In this document: in pieces, positions 28,000-37,263 of the stretch
Layout of the letters: each line of letters begins with the position of its first letter
How positions within the stretch are numbered: position 1 is the first letter of the stretch
NCBI GenBank assembly: GCA_028281965.1
Contig: JANQIY010000400.1
Coordinates: forward strand, 1-41,824
DNA: 41,824 nucleotides
Direction of reading: 5' to 3'
Source of the DNA: Candidatus Gastranaerophilales bacterium
GTDB taxonomy: Bacteria > Cyanobacteriota > Vampirovibrionia > Gastranaerophilales > UBA9971
Translations under genes and position numbers: made by a program
The notes under the pieces: generated by a model
Databases searched by the model: none
What the model saw: only the letters and a program-made list of their open reading frames with translations
Told to the model about the DNA's origin: nothing

Positions 28000-30900
28000 A
28001 TGAGTGAAGAATTAATACAAAGAGACCTTATAAAGAATCCTGATAAAATTGGCAAGTGGGATTTTTATAATATTGGCTCTACCTCAATAAAAGCCCTTAA
28101 AGAAAACGGAATTATAAGAAATGTAGATTACGGTAATGAAGAAAAAAAGAAAGTTGATGCTTTAATTGTTAATAATAAAGAAGTTATTGCAGTTATTGAG
28201 TATAAAAAACCTAGTGAATTTAAAACAAAGGCACAAAAAAACAAAGCTATTCAGCAAGAGTTAGAGGCAACCAGAAAGCTTTGTTCTAGTATTATGATAG
28301 CTACTGATACAAAGGACACAGTATGGGTAAATACATTAACTGGCAATATAATTAAAGATGAAAGTGGAAAAGAGTTAAAAGAACCTTTTGAGCCTACAAA
28401 TGAAAAGCTTTCAGAGTTAATTGAAAAAATAAGATATTCAATTAATGAAAAAAATGATCTTATTAAGCCTAAAAAATTAGTTAATCCAACTGATCTGGCA
28501 AAACAAATTTGGCAGGACATTTGGTCTGTTAGTGGAGCAACTCCTGAAAACTGCCTATATACATTTGTGGAATTATTTATTTTTAAATATTTAAGTGATT
28601 TGGGCGTTTTGAAAGGCATTCATAATTTTGATGTTTTAATTGATAGTTTTGATTCAAATACTACAGAAGAGGTTTTAGAAAATTATGCAACTACAATTCG
28701 TCCTAAAATTAAAAGTCTTTTCCCTGAAAACCTGCTTGATAAAACAACAATTATAAATGGCACAATTTTTGTAAGTAAAGACCAAAAGGCAGTAAAAGGA
28801 TACAGTACTGTTTTTAAAAAAGTACTATTAAAATTCAAAGATTATGGCAAATTAGAACATATTGATTATGATTTTAAAAGTCAACTATTTGAAAGCTTTT
28901 TGAAAGAAAGTATTAGTAAGAAAAACTGGGGACAGTTTTTTACACCATTAAAGGTAATACGAGCTATTAATCAAATGGCTAAGGACGATATAAGAGAAGG
29001 AATTAAGATTTGCGATCCTGCATGCGGAGTGGGCAAATTTTTACTTGAACCAATAAAAACTAAGCTTGATAGATTTTATGAAATAAATAAAAAATCTATT
29101 AAACCTAAAATCACTATACATGGTTTTGATAAAGGTTTTGATAAAGATGAGCAAAAAACAATAATATTGGCAAAAGCAAATATGCTAATTTATTTCTCTG
29201 ATTTAATAAAAGATAATTTAAACCTAACAAAAGACTTTGCCAAGCTATTTAATGAAAGTTTTGTCTTAAAAACAAATTCAATACTAGGAACTCTTTCTGA
29301 GCCTGTAGAAAATGAGTATGATTTAATTTTAACTAATCCTCCCTATGTTACTAGTGGTAGTAGCAACTTAAAAGAAGAAATTAAAAAAGATGGAGAATTG
29401 GAAAATTATTACAAAATAAATGCAATGGGTGTTGAAGGTTTATTTATGGAGTGGATAATTAAAGCTCTAAAGCCTGGTGGGAAAGCATTTGTTGTAACGC
29501 CTGATGGAATATTCAACAGGCAAAACGATAAAAATTTACGACAATATATTACTGATGAATGCTTTATTGATGGAATTGTTTCCTTACCTTTAAATACATT
29601 TTTTACAACTAACAAGAAGACATATATTCTTTGTTTAACGAAAAAAAATGATAAAAAACAAATACAACAAGAACCAGTATTCACCTATTTAGTAAGTGAA
29701 CTAGGAGAAAGTAGAGATGTTTACCGTTTTGATATAGAACAAGATGATTTAAAAGAAGCGGTTACCCTTTATTCCTTCTTTAAAGGCAATAAAGAGAATT
29801 TTAGTAAAATTAATAAAGATGAAAGATGTAAAATTCTTCCATTTGACTTTTTTAAAGACAATTTAGAAAACAGTTGGATTATTGATAAATGCTGGACAGA
29901 AGAAGAACGAATAAAGTTAGGGTTTATAGAAAAGAAAGAAAAAGTCAATTTGTTAGAATTTTCAATAATTATAAGAGATATAGCTAATAATATAAATGAA
30001 TTCCAAGAAGAAATTAAGGAATTAACAGAAAAAAAAAATTCTGAAATAAAAAGTAAAAAATTTCAATTAAAAGAACTTTTTTCAATTGAAAGAGGGTTTT
30101 CTAAATATACTAAAAAATATGGAAATACAAATAATGGTGAATATCCAGTATATTCAGCATCGAACAATGCTCCCTTAACTTATATTAATACATATGATTA
30201 TGATGGAGAGTATTTAACTTGGGCAACAAATGGATTTGCTGGATATATTAAATTTATAGAAGGAAAATTTTCTATCAATGCAGATAGAGGATTATTAAAA
30301 CAAAGATTTAAGAATATAAACCCTTTATATGTAAAGTACATTTTAGAACCAAAATTAAGGTTAATAGCAAAAGGTCGGAAAGGAGAAAAAGGAGAAGACG
30401 AGTTTACAAAAGTATATCCTTCTATGATTGAAGATATTGAAATTAATATCCCAATAGCAGAAAATCGTGATTTTGATATATCTAAACAAAATGAAATTGT
30501 TGGAAAAATAATTTTTATAGAAGATTTGAAGCGAAAAATATGTGAATACAAAAAGCAGATTAAAGCTTTAAATATAACTATAAAAGAGAATTATTTATTT
30601 AAGGAAGTCAAAATTAGTACTATTTTTATTTTTCCTGCAATAAAGGGGCTTACTAAAACTTTTATAGAAAAAAATAAAGGAGATATTCCTGTATATGGAG
30701 GTAGTCAAGAGGAAATTCCTATTGGTTATATTAAGGATAATTTAAAAAATATTAAATACTTTGAAAATTGTTTAGCTTGGAACAGAGAAGGGTCTGTTGG
30801 CTATGTTTTTTGGCATAGACATAAATTTACGACAAATGACCATCATAGACCTTTAATGTTAAAACCTGAATTGAAAAATATAATAAACTTAGACTATATG

Positions 30901-31131
30901 CAAAATGCTATACAAGATGTGTTGATGCAACAGGGATTTAGATGGAGCAAAACAGCTAGCAAGGAAAAAGTGGAAAAACTTACTGTCAAAATACCAATTA
31001 ATTACAAAAATGAATTTGATATTGATGCACAAAATGAAATAGCAGAAAAACATAAAAAAATTGAACAACTTAAACAAAATATTACTGAAGAATTAGACAA
31101 AATTTCATCTGTAGAAATTAACTTTGACTAG
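28000..31131 (+). CDS. Single-chain R-M-S restriction-modification enzyme with two TRDs (type IIB/IIG-like)
   Basis: VDAL...IEYKK nuclease motif, GQFFTP, DPACGVGKFL, NPPY, then two TRDs (GEYPVYSA; GDIPVYGG), each ending in a QNEI helix. Confidence 0.85.
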   Translation: MSEELIQRDLIKNPDKIGKWDFYNIGSTSIKALKENGIIRNVDYGNEEKKKVDALIVNNKEVIAVIEYKKPSEFKTKAQKNKAIQQELEATRKLCSSIMIATDTKDTVWVNTLTGNIIKDESGKELKEPFEPTNEKLSELIEKIRYSINEKNDLIKPKKLVNPTDLAKQIWQDIWSVSGATPENCLYTFVELFIFKYLSDLGVLKGIHNFDVLIDSFDSNTTEEVLENYATTIRPKIKSLFPENLLDKTTIINGTIFVSKDQKAVKGYSTVFKKVLLKFKDYGKLEHIDYDFKSQLFESFLKESISKKNWGQFFTPLKVIRAINQMAKDDIREGIKICDPACGVGKFLLEPIKTKLDRFYEINKKSIKPKITIHGFDKGFDKDEQKTIILAKANMLIYFSDLIKDNLNLTKDFAKLFNESFVLKTNSILGTLSEPVENEYDLILTNPPYVTSGSSNLKEEIKKDGELENYYKINAMGVEGLFMEWIIKALKPGGKAFVVTPDGIFNRQNDKNLRQYITDECFIDGIVSLPLNTFFTTNKKTYILCLTKKNDKKQIQQEPVFTYLVSELGESRDVYRFDIEQDDLKEAVTLYSFFKGNKENFSKINKDERCKILPFDFFKDNLENSWIIDKCWTEEERIKLGFIEKKEKVNLLEFSIIIRDIANNINEFQEEIKELTEKKNSEIKSKKFQLKELFSIERGFSKYTKKYGNTNNGEYPVYSASNNAPLTYINTYDYDGEYLTWATNGFAGYIKFIEGKFSINADRGLLKQRFKNINPLYVKYILEPKLRLIAKGRKGEKGEDEFTKVYPSMIEDIEINIPIAENRDFDISKQNEIVGKIIFIEDLKRKICEYKKQIKALNITIKENYLFKEVKISTIFIFPAIKGLTKTFIEKNKGDIPVYGGSQEEIPIGYIKDNLKNIKYFENCLAWNREGSVGYVFWHRHKFTTNDHHRPLMLKPELKNIINLDYMQNAIQDVLMQQGFRWSKTASKEKVEKLTVKIPINYKNEFDIDAQNEIAEKHKKIEQLKQNITEELDKISSVEINFD

Positions 31132-31171
31132 CTTTAGTTCAGATTAGTTATAGATATTAATATGTAAAAGT

Positions 31172-32287
31172 TTAGACATTATCTACTTCCAAGGGTTTAA
31201 GAATATAATTACTTTTGTTAATGGGATCAAGCTCATCTGCACACATTAATGCCCACTGTGTCCACTCTTTTAACTCTTCTTGGGAATTTTCTATTTTGCC
31301 GGCCTTTGCGGATTCCTCAATGGCCTTAACATAACTTCTGATGTTATGGGATTCAATCCAATCACTTGCTTGTTGACACAAATCATCTTTTCTTTGCTGC
31401 TCTCTTCTGCGCAATTCTTCAATGCGAGCCTGTCGTTGTCTTTCTTCGCGTTCTTTTTGTCTTTCAAGTTCCCGTTGCCTATGCCACTCTTCTCTTTCAA
31501 GCCTTTGTTTCTTATCATGCCAAAGTCTTCTTGCTATATAGATAAGGATTTTATTTAACATGTTTTCCAAAGAGGTTTCTTCACTTTCAACAAATGTCCT
31601 CACGTTGTCATATGCTCGATTATGCCGTACATATATTGCTAAATAGTTAGTCTGCTCCCCCAGCATCATGTGTTTTTGGTTATCTGAAAGCCATAAATCT
31701 TTATTTTGCCGGTCTTCCCAGGTAATTTCTTTTTTATATATCCTGTAATGCCTATTAATGGATAGAGAAACAGTGTCCTCAGTACCTACATGCACTGACT
31801 GAACATCGCCCTGGTTAAGATTAAGAACAAAGCCTCTTGCTTCAAGTGCCTCTAACAAAACACTAAATATTTTCCTGGCTCGCCTATCAACTTTAATTTT
31901 TTGCGCTCTGTCATTTTTATTCCAGACTTCAACAAAAGGATGAGGTTTTTTATAATTCTCAGGAATTACAATTTTATTCTCTTCAAGTTTCTCTCTCTTT
32001 ATGAACTCTTTCAATTCATCAGGCAAAACATTTGAGTCCTTCTTATCACGAGGGGCTAATATTGCCATTTCTTCGTTATGTGATTCAAAGCTTAATAATT
32101 CTGGGATTATTAATTTATGGCCGGCCTTAATTTTTGCCCAATGACCAATATCTGGCAATGGTATCTCATATTTCACACATAATTTACTAAGTCCTCTATC
32201 AGAAATTCCATAATCTTTTGCGATATGGGAAATAGGCTTTTCCCACACCAATTTATATAATTCTTTTCTTGTTAAAGATTTTGTCAT
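31172..32287 (-). CDS. Conserved hypothetical protein of mobile elements (N-terminal HTH-like domain, C-terminal coiled coil)
   Basis: LTRKELYKLVWEKPISHIAKDYGISDRGLSKLC...IPLP..GHWAK; R/E-rich helix; ends WAL..ADELDP. Confidence 0.7.
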   Translation of the reverse strand: MTKSLTRKELYKLVWEKPISHIAKDYGISDRGLSKLCVKYEIPLPDIGHWAKIKAGHKLIIPELLSFESHNEEMAILAPRDKKDSNVLPDELKEFIKREKLEENKIVIPENYKKPHPFVEVWNKNDRAQKIKVDRRARKIFSVLLEALEARGFVLNLNQGDVQSVHVGTEDTVSLSINRHYRIYKKEITWEDRQNKDLWLSDNQKHMMLGEQTNYLAIYVRHNRAYDNVRTFVESEETSLENMLNKILIYIARRLWHDKKQRLEREEWHRQRELERQKEREERQRQARIEELRRREQQRKDDLCQQASDWIESHNIRSYVKAIEESAKAGKIENSQEELKEWTQWALMCADELDPINKSNYILKPLEVDNV

Positions 32288-32376
32288 TTTTTTATCTCAA
32301 CTACTATGAAGAAAAGTGGCTTTCAGTTTATCTTTGATTTATAAATTGTATTGATTAAAAGAAAAGAAATCAAGAA

Positions 32377-33168
32377 ATGAAACTTAGAATAATAGCAGAT
32401 ATCCATGCTGATATAAACGCAAAAAAGAACTACCAGTTTGACTTTGGTGATGATTTTGTCGTGGCTTGTGGCGATATCTCAGGCGGTAGGTTTACTACTG
32501 AAGCCTGGATAACGACCAATATTAAAAATGGAGTGTTTGTTGAAGGAAATCACCTTGGATACGAGCGAATTACTTATGATGCAGGAGATACCAAGCAAAA
32601 CTCAATCAGGTATTTAAAAAACAAATTCAAAAATGGAAACGTCCGCTTTTTAGAAAATAGCATATATATTGTTGAAGATATTGTGTTTGTTGGATGTGCA
32701 TTATATTCTGACTTTGCTTTATTTGGAGATTCTGTTTATTGCTCCAGGCTAGCTTTAACTTCGATAAATGACTTTAGATATGTAAAGGTTAAAGATAAAG
32801 ATATAATCAGAACATTAATTCCTTTAGATACCATTAAATGGCATAAAAGAAGTGTTAATTTTATAAACAAAGCTTGTAAATCATATCCTGATAAAAAAAT
32901 TGTAGTAGTAACTCACTATGCTCCAAGTATAGACTGTATTAGCGATGAATACAAAGAAGATATGCTCAGTGCGGCCTTTGCCAGTAATCTGGAATGGGTG
33001 ATGAAAGAAAATGACAATTTAGTTTTATGGTGTCACGGTCATACCCATAGCGATGTGGATTTTATGAAGTATGGAACAAAAGTTGTTTGTTGCCCTTGGG
33101 GGTATTTTAATGAAAATAATAAAGACGTTTTAAGCTATGGTGTAATAGTTGATACTGATGAATTGTAG
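32377..33168 (+). CDS. Calcineurin-like metallophosphoesterase
   Basis: DIH, GD, GNH, THYAP and HGHTH motifs. Confidence 0.9.
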   Translation: MKLRIIADIHADINAKKNYQFDFGDDFVVACGDISGGRFTTEAWITTNIKNGVFVEGNHLGYERITYDAGDTKQNSIRYLKNKFKNGNVRFLENSIYIVEDIVFVGCALYSDFALFGDSVYCSRLALTSINDFRYVKVKDKDIIRTLIPLDTIKWHKRSVNFINKACKSYPDKKIVVVTHYAPSIDCISDEYKEDMLSAAFASNLEWVMKENDNLVLWCHGHTHSDVDFMKYGTKVVCCPWGYFNENNKDVLSYGVIVDTDEL

Positions 33169-33187
33169 TCAAAAGTGTTTTAAATTT

Positions 33188-34393
33188 TTAACTGCGTTGC
33201 TGTAATTGGAGAAATTCGGCTTTTAATCTTGTAGCAATCTCTTCATTTTGATCTAGCAATAATATTTTGTTTGGACAGTGTATATTTTCATTTTCTTCAC
33301 CTTCACGTTGGCTATTATCAAAATAAATATAATCTGAATAAATGTCATAATTTTCGTTCTTTAAAATTTTTTGAACATAATATTCAAATGAATCTATTAT
33401 GTTGTAGAAAAAACAAAGCTGGTTATGATTTCCGTTTTGCTCAATTCCATGAGCATCAATTTCTCTTATAGTTTTTTCACGATCAGAAGTTTGAGAACTA
33501 TTAGTAAATACATGTATGTCCGTTAAATCATCTGGATTGTAATAAAGCCAATCACAATGGGGTTGAAGTATAAAATATCTCTGTTTATCACAAATAAATA
33601 AACTTTCTGTCTGCAAGATTGTTGTGTGGTATTTGTATCTTATATTTGTTTCATAAGAATTTCCTATCGAGTGTGCAAATCGATAATGTGCATGTTCAGG
33701 AGGGTCAGAATAATCCCTCATGTTTTCAGGACTATAATATTCTATAGTAAATTCAGGAAATGGTTCATAATGCCATATATTTATATAATTATCATCTGAA
33801 TTACTTGTATATTTCCAGTTTTTATAATCTTTAGCATATAGGTTCAACCGCTCTTTTGGTGAAAGAGTTAGCCCAAATCGTTCCCTCCACATATCCGCAA
33901 TTTGATTTTCAGATGCAGATTCGTTTATTGGAGTATTTACAGAACCATTTCTAGTGTATATTACTCCAGCTCTAACTATTTTTTCTTTTTTAGTAGATTT
34001 TTGTCCTTTTTCTTTTTCTTCTTCTTTTTCTTTGTGTTTTTTTGGCTTATCTTTCAATAAAAAATAGGGACGATAATTTGATTGCTTAATTATGATGATA
34101 TCAATTTCATTTCCTGATAAATTTGCTGTTTCTAATTGAATATTGGGGACTCTATTAAATCCAGCAGTAGACAATATATTATGAAAATCATCTTTGCTTT
34201 TACGATTAATTGAAATATCACCAAATTCCTTGGTTTTTTCATCATAACCAATAACTAAATACCTATCAGATTTTGTATCTGAATTAGCCAGACATAGAAT
34301 ATCTAAAATCAAATTTGCAGTATCATCATGCCATTGTTTTTTAAAATCAAGACAATCACTTTCAGGCTGCTCTATAACTTTCTTCCATTGCAT
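33188..34393 (-). CDS. Schlafen/AlbA_2 domain protein
   Basis: ESDCLDFK...DILCLANS...YLVIGYDE...IYTRNGSVN; C-terminal half unrecognised. Confidence 0.8.
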   Translation of the reverse strand: MQWKKVIEQPESDCLDFKKQWHDDTANLILDILCLANSDTKSDRYLVIGYDEKTKEFGDISINRKSKDDFHNILSTAGFNRVPNIQLETANLSGNEIDIIIIKQSNYRPYFLLKDKPKKHKEKEEEKEKGQKSTKKEKIVRAGVIYTRNGSVNTPINESASENQIADMWRERFGLTLSPKERLNLYAKDYKNWKYTSNSDDNYINIWHYEPFPEFTIEYYSPENMRDYSDPPEHAHYRFAHSIGNSYETNIRYKYHTTILQTESLFICDKQRYFILQPHCDWLYYNPDDLTDIHVFTNSSQTSDREKTIREIDAHGIEQNGNHNQLCFFYNIIDSFEYYVQKILKNENYDIYSDYIYFDNSQREGEENENIHCPNKILLLDQNEEIATRLKAEFLQLQQRS

Positions 34394-34418
34394 ATGTTAA
34401 TGTTTTCCTTTTACTTTG

Positions 34419-36866
34419 TTATTTGCCTAAACAGCATTTTTTATATTTATTTCCACTGCCGCAGGGACAAGGATCATTCCTTCCAATTGTTCCAACGTTT
34501 TTCATGTGCGCTTTCAGTCTTATATCTTTAAGATATTTTTTTGTTTTTATAATTTCGTCAAGTTTTTATTCAGGAATATCTTCGCTAAAGTAACATTTAG
34601 AATTCATACCATAAAGTAAGTTGTTTTTATCATATTTTAAAAATAAAGCAATTGACTCAGAATAATCAGATATAAGCATATTTGCATATATATAGTTTTC
34701 AATTTCGTTTGAATTTACGTAGTTAATCTGATCTTGAATACAAAACATTGTCAAGCAAGTTCCACCATAATGGATGATTGGCATCAAATATTTACTTTCA
34801 GCCTGCCTGACCAAGGCGCCTTCTAGTTTAGAGTGCAGTTCACTACGTTCATCACCCCCTAAGTCTAGCAATAAAGAAGCTAGTTTGCTTTTTTGCTGGA
34901 TATCTAATAGTTTAATAATTTCTTCTAGACGAGAAGGAGTGTTTTGTTTCGGTTTTATAGCTTTTTGAGGATTTGCAAGCAAATAATGATGATAGGTATC
35001 AAACTTTTCACTATAGGCATTTAGCATAACGCTTTCTCTGTCAAATTGTTCATAATAATTCACATAGCAGTTATGTTCTATATAAGCACCTAAATGATCT
35101 AGCTCATCATTAAAATGTATATTACTAGAAGCTGCTTGTTTTCTTTTTTCTAAAAAGTGCAAAAATTTTGATGGAGAGTCAAATATATTTGAATATATCC
35201 TTAAATCATCTAAAGACACTGACCATATAGGGTACTTGGGTGTTTCAATGTTTAAATCTTTTAATATTGATGGTTTTGCAGAAAAAGCAGTAAAATTATC
35301 TAAAGTAAAACAACATATTATTGTTTCTCTAAAGTCAGATATATTAATCTTTTTAATAAAATTATGGTTTTTATCAAATAACTCCAATTCTCCATTTTTT
35401 TCCAAATTTTCCAGTAATCTTTGTCCTTGCTTTGCCGGCTTTGAAATAAGATTTTTAAGAGAACTTTTAAAGGCAAAAAAGTCTGTTGTTGGTGGGGTAT
35501 AGGTGAATGAACCTCCTTTAACTTCAAGAATAATAAGAAAATCATCATATATAATTAATCCGTCATTTTCACACCAGTTGTGCCTATTAGAACCTTCTAA
35601 TTGACATTTTGTAAAAACATTAGGAATTGCTTCTGCGTCAGGTAATAATTTGCGAAATAAATTAATTGCAATTTTTTCTGATTGTTTTTGCTGTATCTCA
35701 TTCCAATTTTCTTTATAATCAGAAGCTAGCTTAAAAATCAGCCTTTGGATGATTCTGTAAAGATCATCAAACAAGCTATGTTGATCAAAACAATAATAAT
35801 TTCCATTTATTTTTAAAAAAGGCTTTTGGTTTATTGGTAATAATTTTAATGGCCAACCTGCATATTCATCACCCTCTGCAAAAAATTCAGCATCTTCACC
35901 AGGAGCCAAGGAAAGTTCATTTAAAAGCTCCTCAGAAAACCCTGTTATTTTTTGAACATTAAATAAATCGTAGTAATAGAGTCTGGAATACAAGTCTTTT
36001 AATTTTGTCTTTTCTTCATCATTCCATAAAAGATTTGGTATATTTTCATCATCAGAATCTTTTGCCTTTCCAGACTCAATTAACTTATCAAGTCTACTTT
36101 GTGAAATATCTGATATTTTTTTATGCTCATCCATTGCATCAGCAAAACCACAAACCAGAGAGTCTCCAAGCCTTCCAATTCTATCTATAAAGTCTTCTAT
36201 TGTTATCCCAAATAAATTTTTAAAAATTTCATTATGAGGAAGTAAAAGGTCTTTTAAATGCTGAATTTCATATACATAATATCTGTTCCCTGTTACCAGT
36301 GCCCAATTCATCTGAGCTAATACAAAAATATTATCCTCTTTTTTATCATAATTGGGATCAGTTTTTTCTAGATAACAACTTTTTGCTAAATGAAAGGTAA
36401 CATTTAAAATTGTATAGAGTTCCTTAATTTCATTAAAAAGTTCATCCCATTTTTCTTGACTAATTTCTGGTTTATTATCCGAATTAATCTTTGTTGAAAC
36501 AATAATGCTTTGAACATAATCAACCATTCTACAGGATAAGTTGTCATCATGTGAAAATTGGGTAGGTGAAGTTTTACCAATGGATGCAGTGGCATAACAA
36601 AAATATCCTCTATGCAACAAACTCAATGGATTATAATTACTAATAATTTCACGAATTCTAGCAATTCTTAAATTAATATCCTTACAAATTTCCAGGAAAT
36701 CTCCTGCAAGCTTTTCTTTTAAGTATTCAAAGCCATATGGTGTTAGATTATTTCTAACTTCCACAGCATTGCCATACCTAGCAAATGTATAAGCTCCATT
36801 CTGAACAATTTCATTAGGTTTTATTTTTAATTTTTTATTTCGTTTATTGCTGCTTTTTTTACCCAT
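34419..36866 (-). pseudogene. NERD-like nuclease + SEC-C motif protein interrupted by one in-frame TAA
   Basis: 766-aa ORF with ENDGLIIYDDFLIILEVK...QGQR; after TAA 34568-34566 the same frame continues 48 codons to [22 protein letters not shown]. Confidence 0.8.
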
Positions 36867-37002
36867 AATATAATTTTCAATAAATCATGAACCTGTATAA
36901 ATATAAACAGAATGTTTACATTTGTTTAAATTAAATAGTAAGCTTTTTCTGTTGAATTTATAAATTATTTCGTATCATTTTTTATAGTTTCGTACAAATT
37001 TA

Positions 37003-37023
37003 TGCAGCAAACGTGCAGCAAAA
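37003..37023 (+). promoter_or_regulatory. Integrase arm-type repeats, right end (TGCAGCAAA x2)
   Basis: TGCAGCAAAcgTGCAGCAAAA, 11-bp period, matching 18659-18680. Confidence 0.7.
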
Positions 37024-37049
37024 TGAATATACAGCTCCTGAAAAGTCAA

Positions 37050-37123
37050 TGCGCCTGGCGGGATTCGAACCCACGACCTACGGCTTCGGAGACCGTCACT
37101 CTATCCAGCTGAGCTACAGGCGC
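37050..37123 (-). tRNA. tRNA-Arg(CCG), CCA not encoded
   Basis: GCGCCTG acceptor stem, D arm GCTC/GAGT, anticodon arm ACGGT-CTCCGAA-GCCGT, T arm GTGGG-TTCGAAT-CCCGC; 74 nt. Confidence 0.97.
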
Positions 37124-37263
37124 ATGACTTATTACTATTGAGTTTTAGCGATTTGTACTTTTATGTAAATTGTTTCTGTTTCTAATTTGTTTTTTTGGGT
37201 GTTAAAAATTGTCGCATTAAAATCCATTATAAATTAATCAAAGTTCTGTTTTAAGAAAAAATG

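Larger units (their letters stand above)
18496..37093. mobile_element. Integrative element B (~18.6 kb), phage-satellite-like
   Basis: att repeats 18,551 bp apart, integrase next to the att, matching arm repeats at both ends, replication and terminase genes. Confidence 0.9.

Noticed and set aside
18496-37093. Element B as a complete prophage or conjugative element
   Set aside because: No capsid, portal, tail, lysis, relaxase or T4SS genes are recognisable between the att sites.
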